A stretch of DNA of 64,000 bases from an uncultured Gammaproteobacteria bacterium (GCA_964648865.1 CAZYLV010000001.1:18476-82475), one strand, 5' to 3'. Positions 1 to 12,180 are shown, counted from the stretch's first letter. Program-made: numbers and translations. Notes: generated by a model from the sequence alone, not told the origin.

Positions 1-31
1 AACACGTTCGGGTAGCCGTCGGAGTCGGTGA
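1..31 (-). repeat. Start of putative DGR template repeat (TR), truncated by the window edge
   Basis: 1-31 matches 486-516 at 30/31 nt. The single mismatch is A here (minus strand, pos 13, codon TAC) versus G in the gene (pos 498, TGC), as expected for adenine-specific DGR mutagenesis. Homology ends at 31/516. Confidence 0.7.
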
Positions 32-250
32 CGTGCGCGCAGCCGTCCAATCCACTGCCCGTTGAGTGCTCTCCGGGCTGTATCGCATTCGGCATCGCAA
101 TGCCCTGGATGCGCGCACCAAGTATCCTCATTTTTTGAATCATCATGCGACGCGCTCGGGCAAACCGTGGTCGGCCGGACTCTGGACGCATGCGAAACGG
201 ATTCGGCAGCGGGAAACCTTGGTCTCCCACGTACGCGCCTACTACCGCGT
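32..250 (-). ncRNA. Structured non-coding leader 5' of the putative TR (candidate DGR RNA)
   Basis: No convincing ORF. Perfect 9-bp stem 33-41/110-118 encloses sub-stems 57-61/74-78 and 91-95/100-104; further stems at 144-149/187-192, 211-228 and 233-237/246-250. A TATACT -10 box lies upstream at 253-258 (minus). Confidence 0.45.
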
Positions 251-261
251 CCAGTATACCT

Positions 262-319
262 GAAAAAGAAACACGGCCGGCCTCGCACTCCCCAACTTCG
301 GGAAATGTGAGACCGGCCG
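262..319 (-). terminator. Long hairpin plus U-tract downstream of the DGR target (intrinsic terminator and/or DGR cis hairpin)
   Basis: 20-bp imperfect stem 274-293/300-319, followed on the minus strand by TGTTTCTTTTT. Confidence 0.7.
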
Positions 320-321
320 CT

Positions 322-376
322 GTCCAAGGACCAAGAGACCGAGGGCTGAACCCAAGGGCCTGAGGTCCAAGGACCA
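322..376 (-). repeat. Short CYTTGG-type repeat tract just after the target stop codon (candidate IMH-associated region)
   Basis: 12-bp direct repeat GTCCAAGGACCA at 322-333 and 365-376, with degenerate units between. Confidence 0.5.
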
Positions 377-1054
377 CTACTTGCCCGGAGCGACGAACAC
401 GAGGCGGTGCCCGGGATTCCAGCGATCGCTCGGCCCCGCATCGTCGCTGCCCAGCCACCGCCCGAAGCCGCCGCGCCCGACCCCGAACACGTTCGGGCAG
501 CCGTCGGAGTCGGTGATCGGTTCCATGCCGACCCAATACCAGTCGTCCTGGGGCTGGTCGGCGTCGGCGAGCCGCAGGTGGGGGCCGACCTCGGCCGGAC
601 AGAGGGTGAGACCGAACTTCCCCGCGCGCTGCCAGATGCTCTTCGTGGTCGCGCCCTTGCGGAAGCCGAGCTCCGCCACGGTGACGCGCACCAGGGCGAG
701 TTCGATGGACTCGGGGGACGTGGTGAACGCCTTCTTGCCCATCATGTCGCGCGCCCAGTCGCCGATCTTGAAGCCCTTCGACTCCATCTCGGCGATGAGC
801 GCCTCCTTGGACTTCCCCCCGATGGTGATCCGCTTCCAGACCTCGAAGGTCGGGGTAGGCGGCGCATCGCGGTACGGGTTGCCGCCGCGGGGCTCGCTGA
901 ACGCGACCTCGGGCACGCGGCCCTCGATGATGGCCTGCAGCCCGTCGAGCGCGGCGTCGACGTCGACCGAGCCCTCGCGCACCCGTCGGAACAGATCGTG
1001 CTGGCGCCGGGCCAGAATGCCCAGCTGCTCGTCGCTGACAACGTTCTTCGTCAT
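377..1054 (-). CDS. Putative DGR target protein (225 aa) with CLec-like C-terminal variable region (~377-516)
   Basis: ATG 1054 follows SD AAGGAGAGG. Motifs LCPAEVGPHLRL and a C-terminus MEPITDSDGxPxVFxVxRxxxGRWL..RWNPxxRLVFV resemble CPR DGR targets; partial TR copy at 1-31. Confidence 0.8.
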   Translation of the reverse strand: MTKNVVSDEQLGILARRQHDLFRRVREGSVDVDAALDGLQAIIEGRVPEVAFSEPRGGNPYRDAPPTPTFEVWKRITIGGKSKEALIAEMESKGFKIGDWARDMMGKKAFTTSPESIELALVRVTVAELGFRKGATTKSIWQRAGKFGLTLCPAEVGPHLRLADADQPQDDWYWVGMEPITDSDGCPNVFGVGRGGFGRWLGSDDAGPSDRWNPGHRLVFVAPGK

Positions 1055-1070
1055 GACAAACACCTCTCCT

Positions 1071-1218
1071 TTCGACTGCCGTTGGGCGTCTTGACGCAGG
1101 GAAACGCCCCTGCGTCCGGACACTCGTTGAAAACGGCATCTTGTCGTTCTGGATCCCCGCTTCCGCGGGGATGACAACTGCAAGATGCCGCTTTCAACCT
1201 GTGGCGAGCTACGTCGAA
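1071..1218 (-). promoter_or_regulatory. Highly structured 5' UTR of the DGR target gene
   Basis: Nested stems 1071-1076/1213-1218, 1093-1101/1108-1116, 1126-1132/1192-1198 and 1134-1143/1181-1190. Confidence 0.55.
1149..1175 (-). repeat. CGTC-family/dRS3-like REP palindrome
   Basis: GTCATCCCCGCGGAAGCGGGGATCCAG on the minus strand matches the widespread GTCATTCCCGCGnAnGCGGGAATCCAG pattern. Confidence 0.6.
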
Positions 1219-1250
1219 CCACGGTGCGGGGTTCTAAAGAACAACGAACC

Positions 1251-1279
1251 AATATAGCGGAATTAGCTGATTTTGTCAA
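1251..1279 (-). promoter_or_regulatory. Sigma70-type promoter for the DGR target
   Basis: TTGACA (1279-1274, containing the queA TGA stop) - 17 nt - TATATT (1256-1251). Confidence 0.75.
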
Positions 1280-2310
1280 GAGTTCGTATCATGTCTACGC
1301 ATGATGAACATGGCGTCGCCGAAGGAGTAGAAGCGATACCTCTTTCTGATGGCCGCGGCGTAGGCCTGGAACACGAAGGTACGGCCGGCGAAAGCCGAGA
1401 CCAGCGCGAGCAACGTCGAGCGCGGCAGGTGGAAGTTGGTGATGAGCGCGTCGACGGCACGAAAGCGGTAGCCGGGGGTGATGAACATGCCGATCCACCC
1501 GGCCTTCTTGCCGCCAAGCCCTTCGAGACAGCGCACCGTCGTCGTGCCCACGGCGACGACGCGCCCGCCGCGCTTCCTCGTCTCGGCGATGGCCCGGCGC
1601 GTCGCGGCGGGGATCTCGCCCCACTCCTCGTGCATCTCGTGCGCCTCGAGCGTCGCCGCCGTCACCGGCCGGAAGGTGCCGAGCCCCACGTGGAGCGTCA
1701 CCGAGGCGAAGCGGACGCCCTGCCTCTTGAGGCGGGAGATGAGCCGCGGCGTGAAGTGGAAGCCGGCCGTCGGCGCGGCCACGCTCCCCCGCCGTTTGGC
1801 GTAGACCGTCTGGTAGTCGGCCAAGGTCTTGGGCGCACGGCCGACGTAGGGCGGCACCGGGATGGCGCCATGGCGGTCGGCGAAGGCCATCATGTCGGCG
1901 GCCGAGAGCGGCGCATGGAGCACCGCCGTGCCGTCGGCGTGCTTGCGCAGCACCGTGAACGGCACCCGCGCCACCGTGAGCCCGTCGCCTTCCTTCACCT
2001 TCTTGCCGGGCTTGAGCAGGCAGGCCCAATCGCTCGAGCCGGTGCGCTCCGCGACCGGACGCAGCAGGAACACCTCGACGTTGCCGCCCGTCGCGCGACG
2101 CGCCGGGAGCCGCGCCTTGAAGACCTTGCTGTCGTTGACCACGAGCAGGTCGCCCGGACGCAGGTATTCCCCGACCTCGAAGAACCGTCGGTGCGCCATG
2201 GTCCGGGCGAGGGGGTCGAGCACGAGCAGCCGGGAGCGGTCCCGCGGCCGGACGGGCCGCTGGGCGATGCGCTCCGGGGGCAGGCGATAGTCGAAGAGCG
2301 CGGTTTTCAT
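1276..2310 (-). CDS. queA: S-adenosylmethionine:tRNA ribosyltransferase-isomerase
   Basis: [12 protein letters not shown], [41 protein letters not shown]. Probably leaderless (TTGGCA-17-TATCAT-7-ATG). Confidence 0.97.
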   Translation of the reverse strand: MKTALFDYRLPPERIAQRPVRPRDRSRLLVLDPLARTMAHRRFFEVGEYLRPGDLLVVNDSKVFKARLPARRATGGNVEVFLLRPVAERTGSSDWACLLKPGKKVKEGDGLTVARVPFTVLRKHADGTAVLHAPLSAADMMAFADRHGAIPVPPYVGRAPKTLADYQTVYAKRRGSVAAPTAGFHFTPRLISRLKRQGVRFASVTLHVGLGTFRPVTAATLEAHEMHEEWGEIPAATRRAIAETRKRGGRVVAVGTTTVRCLEGLGGKKAGWIGMFITPGYRFRAVDALITNFHLPRSTLLALVSAFAGRTFVFQAYAAAIRKRYRFYSFGDAMFIMRRHDTNS

Positions 2311-2379
2311 GGTCCGGATGATAAGCGGGCCCCCGCCACTTGCCAAGCGGCGGACCCTCTGCTACCATCCCCGCGACGT

Positions 2380-2676
2380 ATGAAGAAGGAAATCCACCCG
2401 GAATACCACGCGGACGCCAAGGTCATCTGCGCCTGCGGCAACACCTTCACCACCGGCTCGACGGTCCCCGAGATCCGCATCGAGCTGTGTTCGCAGTGCC
2501 ATCCGTTCTACACGGGCAAGCAGAAGCTGGTGGACACCGCCCGCCGCGTGGAGAAGCTCGCCGAGCGCCGCGCCAAGCAGGCCACCACGGTCCGCGGCGG
2601 CAAGAAGGCCAAGGTCGCCAAGCGCGTCGCCAAGAAGGCGGCCGCCCGCGCCGAATCCGAGAAGGCCGCGGCTTAG
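2380..2676 (+). CDS. rpmE: 50S ribosomal protein L31 (Zn-binding type, Lys/Ala-rich tail)
   Basis: [29 protein letters not shown]. Confidence 0.97.
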   Translation: MKKEIHPEYHADAKVICACGNTFTTGSTVPEIRIELCSQCHPFYTGKQKLVDTARRVEKLAERRAKQATTVRGGKKAKVAKRVAKKAAARAESEKAAA

Positions 2677-2680
2677 GTAT

Positions 2681-2718
2681 ACAAAAACGGCCCCACGCAC
2701 CTGGGCCGTTTTTGTTTT
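2681..2718 (+). terminator. Intrinsic terminator after rpmE
   Basis: ACAAAAACGGCCC/GGGCCGTTTTTGT stem plus T-run. Confidence 0.75.
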
Positions 2719-2730
2719 GCCGACTATCCT

Positions 2731-3812
<1,082 letters not shown>

Positions 3813-3816
<4 letters not shown>

Positions 3817-4229
3817 CCCCACCTATGGCCGAACTCTTCCGTAAACCGCAGGAGTACATCGAAGAGATGGAGCGTCGTGATCCGAAGGAGCTGCATCCGA
3901 TGCTGCCCGAGGGCATGCGCAGCGCCTACCGCGAGCTTGCCGAAAAGCACCTCCTGCTGGAGCAGCGGTTGGACGGGCACGAGAAGCGCTACCACGAGTT
4001 GGCCAAGACCTACGCGCAGCTCGGCGAGGCGCTCGACATCCCGGAAGGTCCTGGACGCGAGGCCCTGCTCCAGAAGCTCGAGAGCCTCCAGGGCGCCGCA
4101 GACGATGCCCGCGCCGATTACGAGGAAGCCATGAGCGAACTGGACGTGGTCGGCGAGGCCCTGAACAAGCTGATCCGTGAGGGACGCGAGACGCTCAGGA
4201 GCATCACCTCCCGCGGCGGACAAGCATGA
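3813..4229 (+). CDS. Hypothetical coiled-coil acidic protein (alternative start 3825)
   Basis: Overlaps both the prfA stop and the prmC start (ATGA); GC3-rich codons. Confidence 0.7.
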
Positions 4230-5176
4230 CCATCGGCGAGGCGCTGCGCAGACCCGGCATCGACCCGATCGATGCCGAGCTGCTGCTGGCCCACGCGCTC
4301 AAGAAGCCGCGCGAGTTCCTGCTCGCGCACCCCGAGGGACGCATCCGACCGGCGCAGCGGCGCCGGTTTCGCGCGTCCGTCGCACGCCGCAGGAAGCATG
4401 AACCGGTGGCTCTCATCATCGGCCACAAGCATTTTTACGACCTGACCCTCGCCGTGGCGCGCGGCGTGCTCGTCCCCCGCCCGGAGACGGAGCTGCTGAT
4501 CGATGCGGTCTTACAGCGGGCGGGTGACGCCGAAGGCGGGTTCCCTGCCGCGCGGACTGTGGAGCACGGCAGGGTGCCGCAGGCGGCAGGACCCGTCCGC
4601 GTGGACAGGACCCGCGCCGTGCGGCACCGCTTTGGCATGACGATCATCGATGTCGGCACGGGCTCCGGCGCCATCGCGCTCGCCCTGGCCAAGCACGTGC
4701 CGACGGCGCGCGTCGTGGCCACCGACCTCTCCCCTGCCGCGCTGCGCCTGGCCAAGAGGAACGCGCGCTCACTCGGCCTCGCCGGCCGCGTGCGCTTCCT
4801 CAAGGCCGACCTGCTGCCGGACAGGGGCGTGATGAATCACGCCCCAACGCTCATCGTCGCCAACCTTCCCTACCTGCCCACGGCCGTCTGGCGCAGCGCG
4901 CCGCCGGACGTCCGGCGCTACGAGCCGCGCAGCGCGCTCGACGGCGGCCGCGACGGGCTCGACGCCTATCGCGCGCTCTTCGCACGCATTGCCGAACAGG
5001 GCGTGATGGATCACGCCCCTACAACGATCATCATCGAGATCGACCCGACGCAAAAACGCCTCCTCCCGAAGGCGGTGAAGGCGTCCTTGCCTGATGCGCG
5101 CGTGGGGTTCCGCAAGGACCTGGCGGGACGCTGGCGCGTAGCCGTCATCGCTGCCCGCTCTCGGTCTCCTCGATAG
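4226..5176 (+). CDS. prmC: Release factor glutamine methyltransferase with in-frame palindromic insertions
   Basis: VLVPRPETE, DVGTGSGAIA, NLPY, EPRSALDGGRDGL; located downstream of prfA. Confidence 0.93.
   Translation: MTIGEALRRPGIDPIDAELLLAHALKKPREFLLAHPEGRIRPAQRRRFRASVARRRKHEPVALIIGHKHFYDLTLAVARGVLVPRPETELLIDAVLQRAGDAEGGFPAARTVEHGRVPQAAGPVRVDRTRAVRHRFGMTIIDVGTGSGAIALALAKHVPTARVVATDLSPAALRLAKRNARSLGLAGRVRFLKADLLPDRGVMNHAPTLIVANLPYLPTAVWRSAPPDVRRYEPRSALDGGRDGLDAYRALFARIAEQGVMDHAPTTIIIEIDPTQKRLLPKAVKASLPDARVGFRKDLAGRWRVAVIAARSRSPR
4516..4600 (+). mobile_element. Cloverleaf-folding MITE-like element inside prmC
   Basis: Outer stem 4516-4525/4591-4600 encloses hairpins 4528-4538, 4543-4553/4563-4573 and 4575-4588. 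It coincides with a roughly 35-aa extra segment before the SAM motif. Confidence 0.5.
4824..4848 (-). repeat. GTAG-family REP-like palindrome in-frame in prmC (degenerate GTTG tag)
   Basis: GGGGCGTGAT-GA-ATCACGCCCC-AAC, encoding GVMNHAPT. Confidence 0.7.
4998..5022 (-). repeat. GTAG-family REP palindrome in-frame in prmC
   Basis: Minus strand GTAGGGGCGTGATCCATCACGCCCT, encoding GVMDHAPT. Confidence 0.75.
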
Positions 5177-5585
5177 CCACCTTGCTGCGGTCCTCGGCGT
5201 CGTAGCGCACCCGGACCGTCTTGCCCGGCTGGAACTCCGGCAGGTAGACAGGATTGATGATCATCGTCGTTTCTGCCTCATAGGCCGCGCCATCCGCCGG
5301 ACGCACCTCCAGACGGATCTCCACCTGCGGCTGGTCGTTGAAGGTGCTGCCCGTGGGCTCGATGCCGAGGATGACGGCCTCGGCAGGAAGCCCGCGCTCG
5401 AGGAGTTGGGAGCGCTGGTACTCCGGCCAGAAGAACAGGAAGCCCGGGATGCCGATGCCGATCAGCAGGATGACGGCGGGGATGAGGAAGGACCAACGCC
5501 CGTTGGGCTTGGAGGATGGGGAAGCGGTCGGGACGGGCGTCGGGGTCGGCGTCGGCATGGGGGTCTGTTGCATATGCGCCATCAT
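5145..5585 (-). CDS. Membrane-anchored DUF3592-like protein (start uncertain)
   Basis: PT-rich N-terminus, one TM helix, RG.PAEA.I..TG...NDQP.V...PGKTVRVRYD pattern. Confidence 0.7.
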   Translation of the reverse strand: MMAHMQQTPMPTPTPTPVPTASPSSKPNGRWSFLIPAVILLIGIGIPGFLFFWPEYQRSQLLERGLPAEAVILGIEPTGSTFNDQPQVEIRLEVRPADGAAYEAETTMIINPVYLPEFQPGKTVRVRYDAEDRSKVAIEETESGQR

Positions 5586-5633
5586 CGCAAAGACGCCGCG
5601 ATGTGGCAACAAAAAACGAGGGCCCTGCCCCCG

Positions 5634-5813
5634 CTAGCGGCTCTCCGTGGACTTCCGGTCGATGTGCTTCTCGATCCGCTCGAGCTCGGCCTCGAGACGC
5701 GCGACGAACGCCGCCGCCTCGTCGCGGAGCCCGGAGCGCGCTTCCCTCAGGTTCCGGAGCTCCATGACGCTCATCCCGCGGAGGTCGTCGTCCGCATATT
5801 CCCTGTAGGCCAC
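5634..5813 (-). CDS. Small coiled-coil orphan (59 aa), not in the ORF track
   Basis: GTG start with SD GAGGAGG; MAYREYADDDLRGMSVMELRNLRE...ESR*. Confidence 0.6.
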   Translation of the reverse strand: MAYREYADDDLRGMSVMELRNLREARSGLRDEAAAFVARLEAELERIEKHIDRKSTESR

Positions 5814-5823
5814 CGCGTCCTCC

Positions 5824-6915
5824 TCACTGCAGCTCCTTGCCGCCGGAACGCACGGGCATGCCGCGCGTCACCACTTCGATCCAGGTCGGCCCCGGAGCGA
5901 AGACCACTTCCTTACCATCGACATGCTCGAAGCGCAACCGGCTGCCGGCCGAAGCCTTCTTCCAGCGGACCTCGAGCAGCCGGCCGTCGCGCAGCACCCA
6001 GGCCGGACCCTGGCCGGTGGTGCGCAGGCGCAGCCGGCCGACCGCGTCGACCACCTCGGCATCGGTGCGCAGGACGACGACGTTGGCGGCGATGATGGGC
6101 GTGCCGTCCTTGTCCGAGTGCGGGTCGCGCGCCTGGATGCGGCGATACCCGCCGTCCTCGGGGAGCCAGCGCCACTCCACGCGATAGCTCGGCGCGGAGA
6201 ACTCGATGACCGCGCTCTGCGTCGAGGTCGTCCGCTCCCCCTCCGGCGCGGCGGAAAAACGCCAGGCCGGCGCGGTGGAGCTCGCCGACCAGCCGCGCTC
6301 CTCGCGCACGCCCTGGAGGAGCTCCAACGAAGTGTATGCGTTATGCGGCGCGTACCGGCGGGAAGAACGCCAGAAGGCCGTGGCGCCCCAGGCGAACTCG
6401 TCGATGTCGTTGATGTCGCGACGGGCGAGCTGGGAGAAGGCTTCGGGAGAACCGCCGACGTGGACGTAGTCGGCGCCCAGCTCCTCGGCCCAATCCAGGA
6501 AGTACGGACGGGCGCTGCGCACCGGACCGATCTCCGGCACGGTGCCGGTGGCGGAGAAGACCGCCAAGAAGCGCGTGATGCCGCCTTCGACCGGCGCCTC
6601 GAAGACCAGCCGCGCGGCGGCGAGGCCGGACGGCGGGCGCGAGTCGGTGTGGTTCTCGATCATGACCGCGAAGGGCCGCAGCGCGCCGCCGTCGCTCGGC
6701 GTGCCGTCGAGCCAATCGGTCCCCGCGGGCTCCGTCGGCTCCTCGACGACGGACGCCGACGGCGCGGGCTCCGTCGGCTTGGGCGCGAAGAGCACGATGC
6801 CGACGCTCGCGAGAAGCACCGTGAACGCGCCGGCGGCGACGGCGGCCGCGGCGATGGCCAGCCGCGGATTGGCCTTGGCCCAAGCGATGGCTTCTTCCTT
6901 CGTGGGGATGCGCAT
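5824..6915 (-). CDS. DUF3048 (YerB-like) membrane-anchored protein
   Basis: RPFAVMIENH..SRP.SGL, VEGGITRF, IGPVRSAR, HVGGS, APHNAY. Confidence 0.9.
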   Translation of the reverse strand: MRIPTKEEAIAWAKANPRLAIAAAAVAAGAFTVLLASVGIVLFAPKPTEPAPSASVVEEPTEPAGTDWLDGTPSDGGALRPFAVMIENHTDSRPPSGLAAARLVFEAPVEGGITRFLAVFSATGTVPEIGPVRSARPYFLDWAEELGADYVHVGGSPEAFSQLARRDINDIDEFAWGATAFWRSSRRYAPHNAYTSLELLQGVREERGWSASSTAPAWRFSAAPEGERTTSTQSAVIEFSAPSYRVEWRWLPEDGGYRRIQARDPHSDKDGTPIIAANVVVLRTDAEVVDAVGRLRLRTTGQGPAWVLRDGRLLEVRWKKASAGSRLRFEHVDGKEVVFAPGPTWIEVVTRGMPVRSGGKELQ

Positions 6916-6924
6916 GGATGCGAA

Positions 6925-6951
6925 ATCCCGCCCCCTCGCGAGGGGCGGGAT
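6925..6951 (-). terminator. Hairpin after rplY
   Basis: ATCCCGCCCC/GGGGCGGGAT stem. Confidence 0.55.
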
Positions 6952-6956
6952 GGGGC

Positions 6957-7646
6957 TTATTCCTTCTTGGCTTCCGCCTCGGGAGCCGCCTCTTCGGCGC
7001 CCTCCTCGCCTTCCTTCTTCTTCTCGACGACCTCGACCTGCGAGACGTCGCCGGGGCCGGCGCTCTCCATGGCCTTGATCTGCTCTTCGGTCAGCGCGGC
7101 GGAGACGGTGACGACCACGTCCTCGGCGTCGGCCTGGACCGCAAGCCCGGCCGGGATCGTGAGGTCGCGGATGCGGATGGTCTGGCCGACCTCGGTAAGC
7201 GCGGAGAGATCCACGGAAATCTCGTGCACCAGGTCGCCCGGGAGACACTCGACCTCGAGGCTGTCGCGCACCTGGGTGACGACCGCGCCCTGGGCCTTGG
7301 CCACGGGGGCCTCGCCGACGAGGGACAACGGGATCTCGGCGGTGATCTTCTCCTTCATGTTCACCGCGCGCAGGTCGGCATGGGCGATGCGGCCGGAGAT
7401 GGGTTCCTCCTGCACCTCGGCGATCAGCACCTTGACCGGCGCGCCGCCGTCGACGACGAGGTCCACGAGCGAGGACTCGCCGGCGGCGGAGAAGACCTTG
7501 GCGAAGGCCTTGGCGTCGAGCTCCAGGTTCTTGGGATCGGTGCCGTGGCCGTAGAGCACGGCGGGCACGCGCCCCTGGGCGCGGAGGGTCTTCACCGGCT
7601 TGCCGGTGATGGTGCGGATGGTGGCGGCGAGCGTCATGGTCTGCAT
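6957..7646 (-). CDS. rplY: 50S ribosomal protein L25/Ctc
   Basis: LRAQGRVPAVLYGHG, HADL, VECLP; acidic tail. Confidence 0.95.
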   Translation of the reverse strand: MQTMTLAATIRTITGKPVKTLRAQGRVPAVLYGHGTDPKNLELDAKAFAKVFSAAGESSLVDLVVDGGAPVKVLIAEVQEEPISGRIAHADLRAVNMKEKITAEIPLSLVGEAPVAKAQGAVVTQVRDSLEVECLPGDLVHEISVDLSALTEVGQTIRIRDLTIPAGLAVQADAEDVVVTVSAALTEEQIKAMESAGPGDVSQVEVVEKKKEGEEGAEEAAPEAEAKKE

Positions 7647-7654
7647 AACGGGTT

Positions 7655-7996
7655 CTAGAGGAGGCGCCGCAGGAGCGCCGCGCCGTCCACGGTGAGGGCG
7701 TGGGCGGCGAGCACGTCGTCGGCGCTGACGGGATCGGATTCGCGGAAGCGGAGGACGTCCTCGTAGCTGAGGTCGGTGACGAGCCCCACCGAGGACACGC
7801 CCACGCTCGAGAGCAGCACCAGCGCCAGCACGGCGTGGCCGCAGCCCGCGCACGAGAGATGCACGAGATGCGCGTCGTCCTTGGCGCCGACCATCTGCGC
7901 GGCCTCCGGACCGTAGGCGGCCTGACAGAGAGGGCAGCGCGTCAGGACGCGCGCCCCGTCCTGGTCGGGACGACGGTCACGGCGGCGGTTCGGCAT
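7655..7996 (-). CDS. Hypothetical Zn-ribbon protein
   Basis: CPLC...HLSCAGC; GLVTDLSYED..F...PVSADDV motif. Confidence 0.75.
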   Translation of the reverse strand: MPNRRRDRRPDQDGARVLTRCPLCQAAYGPEAAQMVGAKDDAHLVHLSCAGCGHAVLALVLLSSVGVSSVGLVTDLSYEDVLRFRESDPVSADDVLAAHALTVDGAALLRRLL

Positions 7997-8037
7997 GGGT
8001 TTGGGTTCCCCTCAAGGGTAGCCCAACGCGCGGGACC

Positions 8038-9174
8038 TTACCACTCGCGCCCCAGCACGTCAATGGTCTGGAGGTTTGCCGACCGTTGGCGCACGGCGAC
8101 GCTCTGCAGGATGCCGACCAAGGCCATGGAGGCGATGAGCGAGGAGCCGCCGTAGGAGATGAAGGGCAGGGCGATGCCGGTGACCGGCATGAGCCCCATG
8201 TTCATGCCGACGTTGATGGCCACCTGGATGGTGAAGAGGATGGCCACGCCCGAAGCCACGTAGACGGTGAAGGTGTCCGTGGCCTGCCGGGCCAGGCGCA
8301 ACGCCCGCCAGACGACGAGCGCGTAGAGGCCGAGCACCACGGCCACGGCCACGAACCCGAGCTCCTCCGCGACCACGGCGAAGATGAAGTCCGTCTGCGC
8401 CTCAGGCAGGAACTTGAGCTGGCTCTGCGAGCCGAACCCGAGCCCGCGGCCGAAGACGCCGCCGGAGCCCACCGCGATCACCGACTGCGTGAGGTTGTAG
8501 CCGCGGCCCAGCGGGTCGCGGGACGGGTCGAGGAAGGTCAGGATGCGCTCCTGCTGGTAGGGCTTGAGGGCGAACGTCCAGCCGAGCGCCGCCGTGGCCA
8601 CGGCCAGCCCCAGAAGCGCCACGATGTAGGTCTTGCGGGTGCCCGAGAGCAGCAGCATCGCCACCCAGGCGGAGAGCAGCACCATGGCCGAGCCGAAGTC
8701 CGGCTGCATCAGCGTCAACCCGACGAGGACGAGCGCGCCGATGCCGCTGCCCGCCAACGAGCGCAGGTCGCGGCGGTAGGCGTGCGCGGAGAAGTAGCGC
8801 GCCAGGAAGATGACCAGCACGATCTTGGCGGCCTCGACCGGCTGGAAGCTCCAGCCGGCGATGTTGAACCAGCCGGTGGTGCCGCGCACGGTGGTGCCGA
8901 AGAAGAGCACGGCCACCAGCAGCGCCGCGCCCAAGAGGTAGAAGACGCGCGCCGCCGGCTCGAAGGCCCGATAGTTGACCGCGCCGACGGCGAACATCAG
9001 CACCAGCCCGATGCCGAAGGCCACGGCCTGCTTGATGAGTCCGGAGGAGTCGGGACGCGCCTGGGAGAGGGTGACGCTGGCGATGGCCGCCATGCCGATC
9101 AACACCAGCGAGACCGTCGCGGCGAAGAGCACCCAATCGAAGTCGCGGACGGCGCGGAGGGTCCGGCGGAGCAT
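8038..9174 (-). CDS. rodA: Rod shape-determining SEDS protein
   Basis: FQPVEAAK, QPDFGSA, AVGSGGVFGRG, LPEAQTDFIF, PVTGIALPFISYGGSS. Confidence 0.93.
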   Translation of the reverse strand: MLRRTLRAVRDFDWVLFAATVSLVLIGMAAIASVTLSQARPDSSGLIKQAVAFGIGLVLMFAVGAVNYRAFEPAARVFYLLGAALLVAVLFFGTTVRGTTGWFNIAGWSFQPVEAAKIVLVIFLARYFSAHAYRRDLRSLAGSGIGALVLVGLTLMQPDFGSAMVLLSAWVAMLLLSGTRKTYIVALLGLAVATAALGWTFALKPYQQERILTFLDPSRDPLGRGYNLTQSVIAVGSGGVFGRGLGFGSQSQLKFLPEAQTDFIFAVVAEELGFVAVAVVLGLYALVVWRALRLARQATDTFTVYVASGVAILFTIQVAINVGMNMGLMPVTGIALPFISYGGSSLIASMALVGILQSVAVRQRSANLQTIDVLGREW

Positions 9175-9189
9175 ACGTGCCGATCCTAG

Positions 9190-12171
<2,982 letters not shown>

Positions 12172-12180
12172 CCCCCGCCT

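Noticed and set aside
62-363. Three short plus-strand ORFs (62-310, 66-263, 145-363)
   Set aside because: No codon bias or start signals; the region is better explained as structured RNA plus a terminator.
322-376. Possible CRISPR array
   Set aside because: Only a 12-bp repeat pair with degenerate filler; no spacers or cas genes. No CRISPR seen anywhere in the window.
1055-1279. 75-aa N-terminal extension of ORF 377-1279
   Set aside because: The TTG start is the -35 box; SD and ATG at 1054 define the real start.
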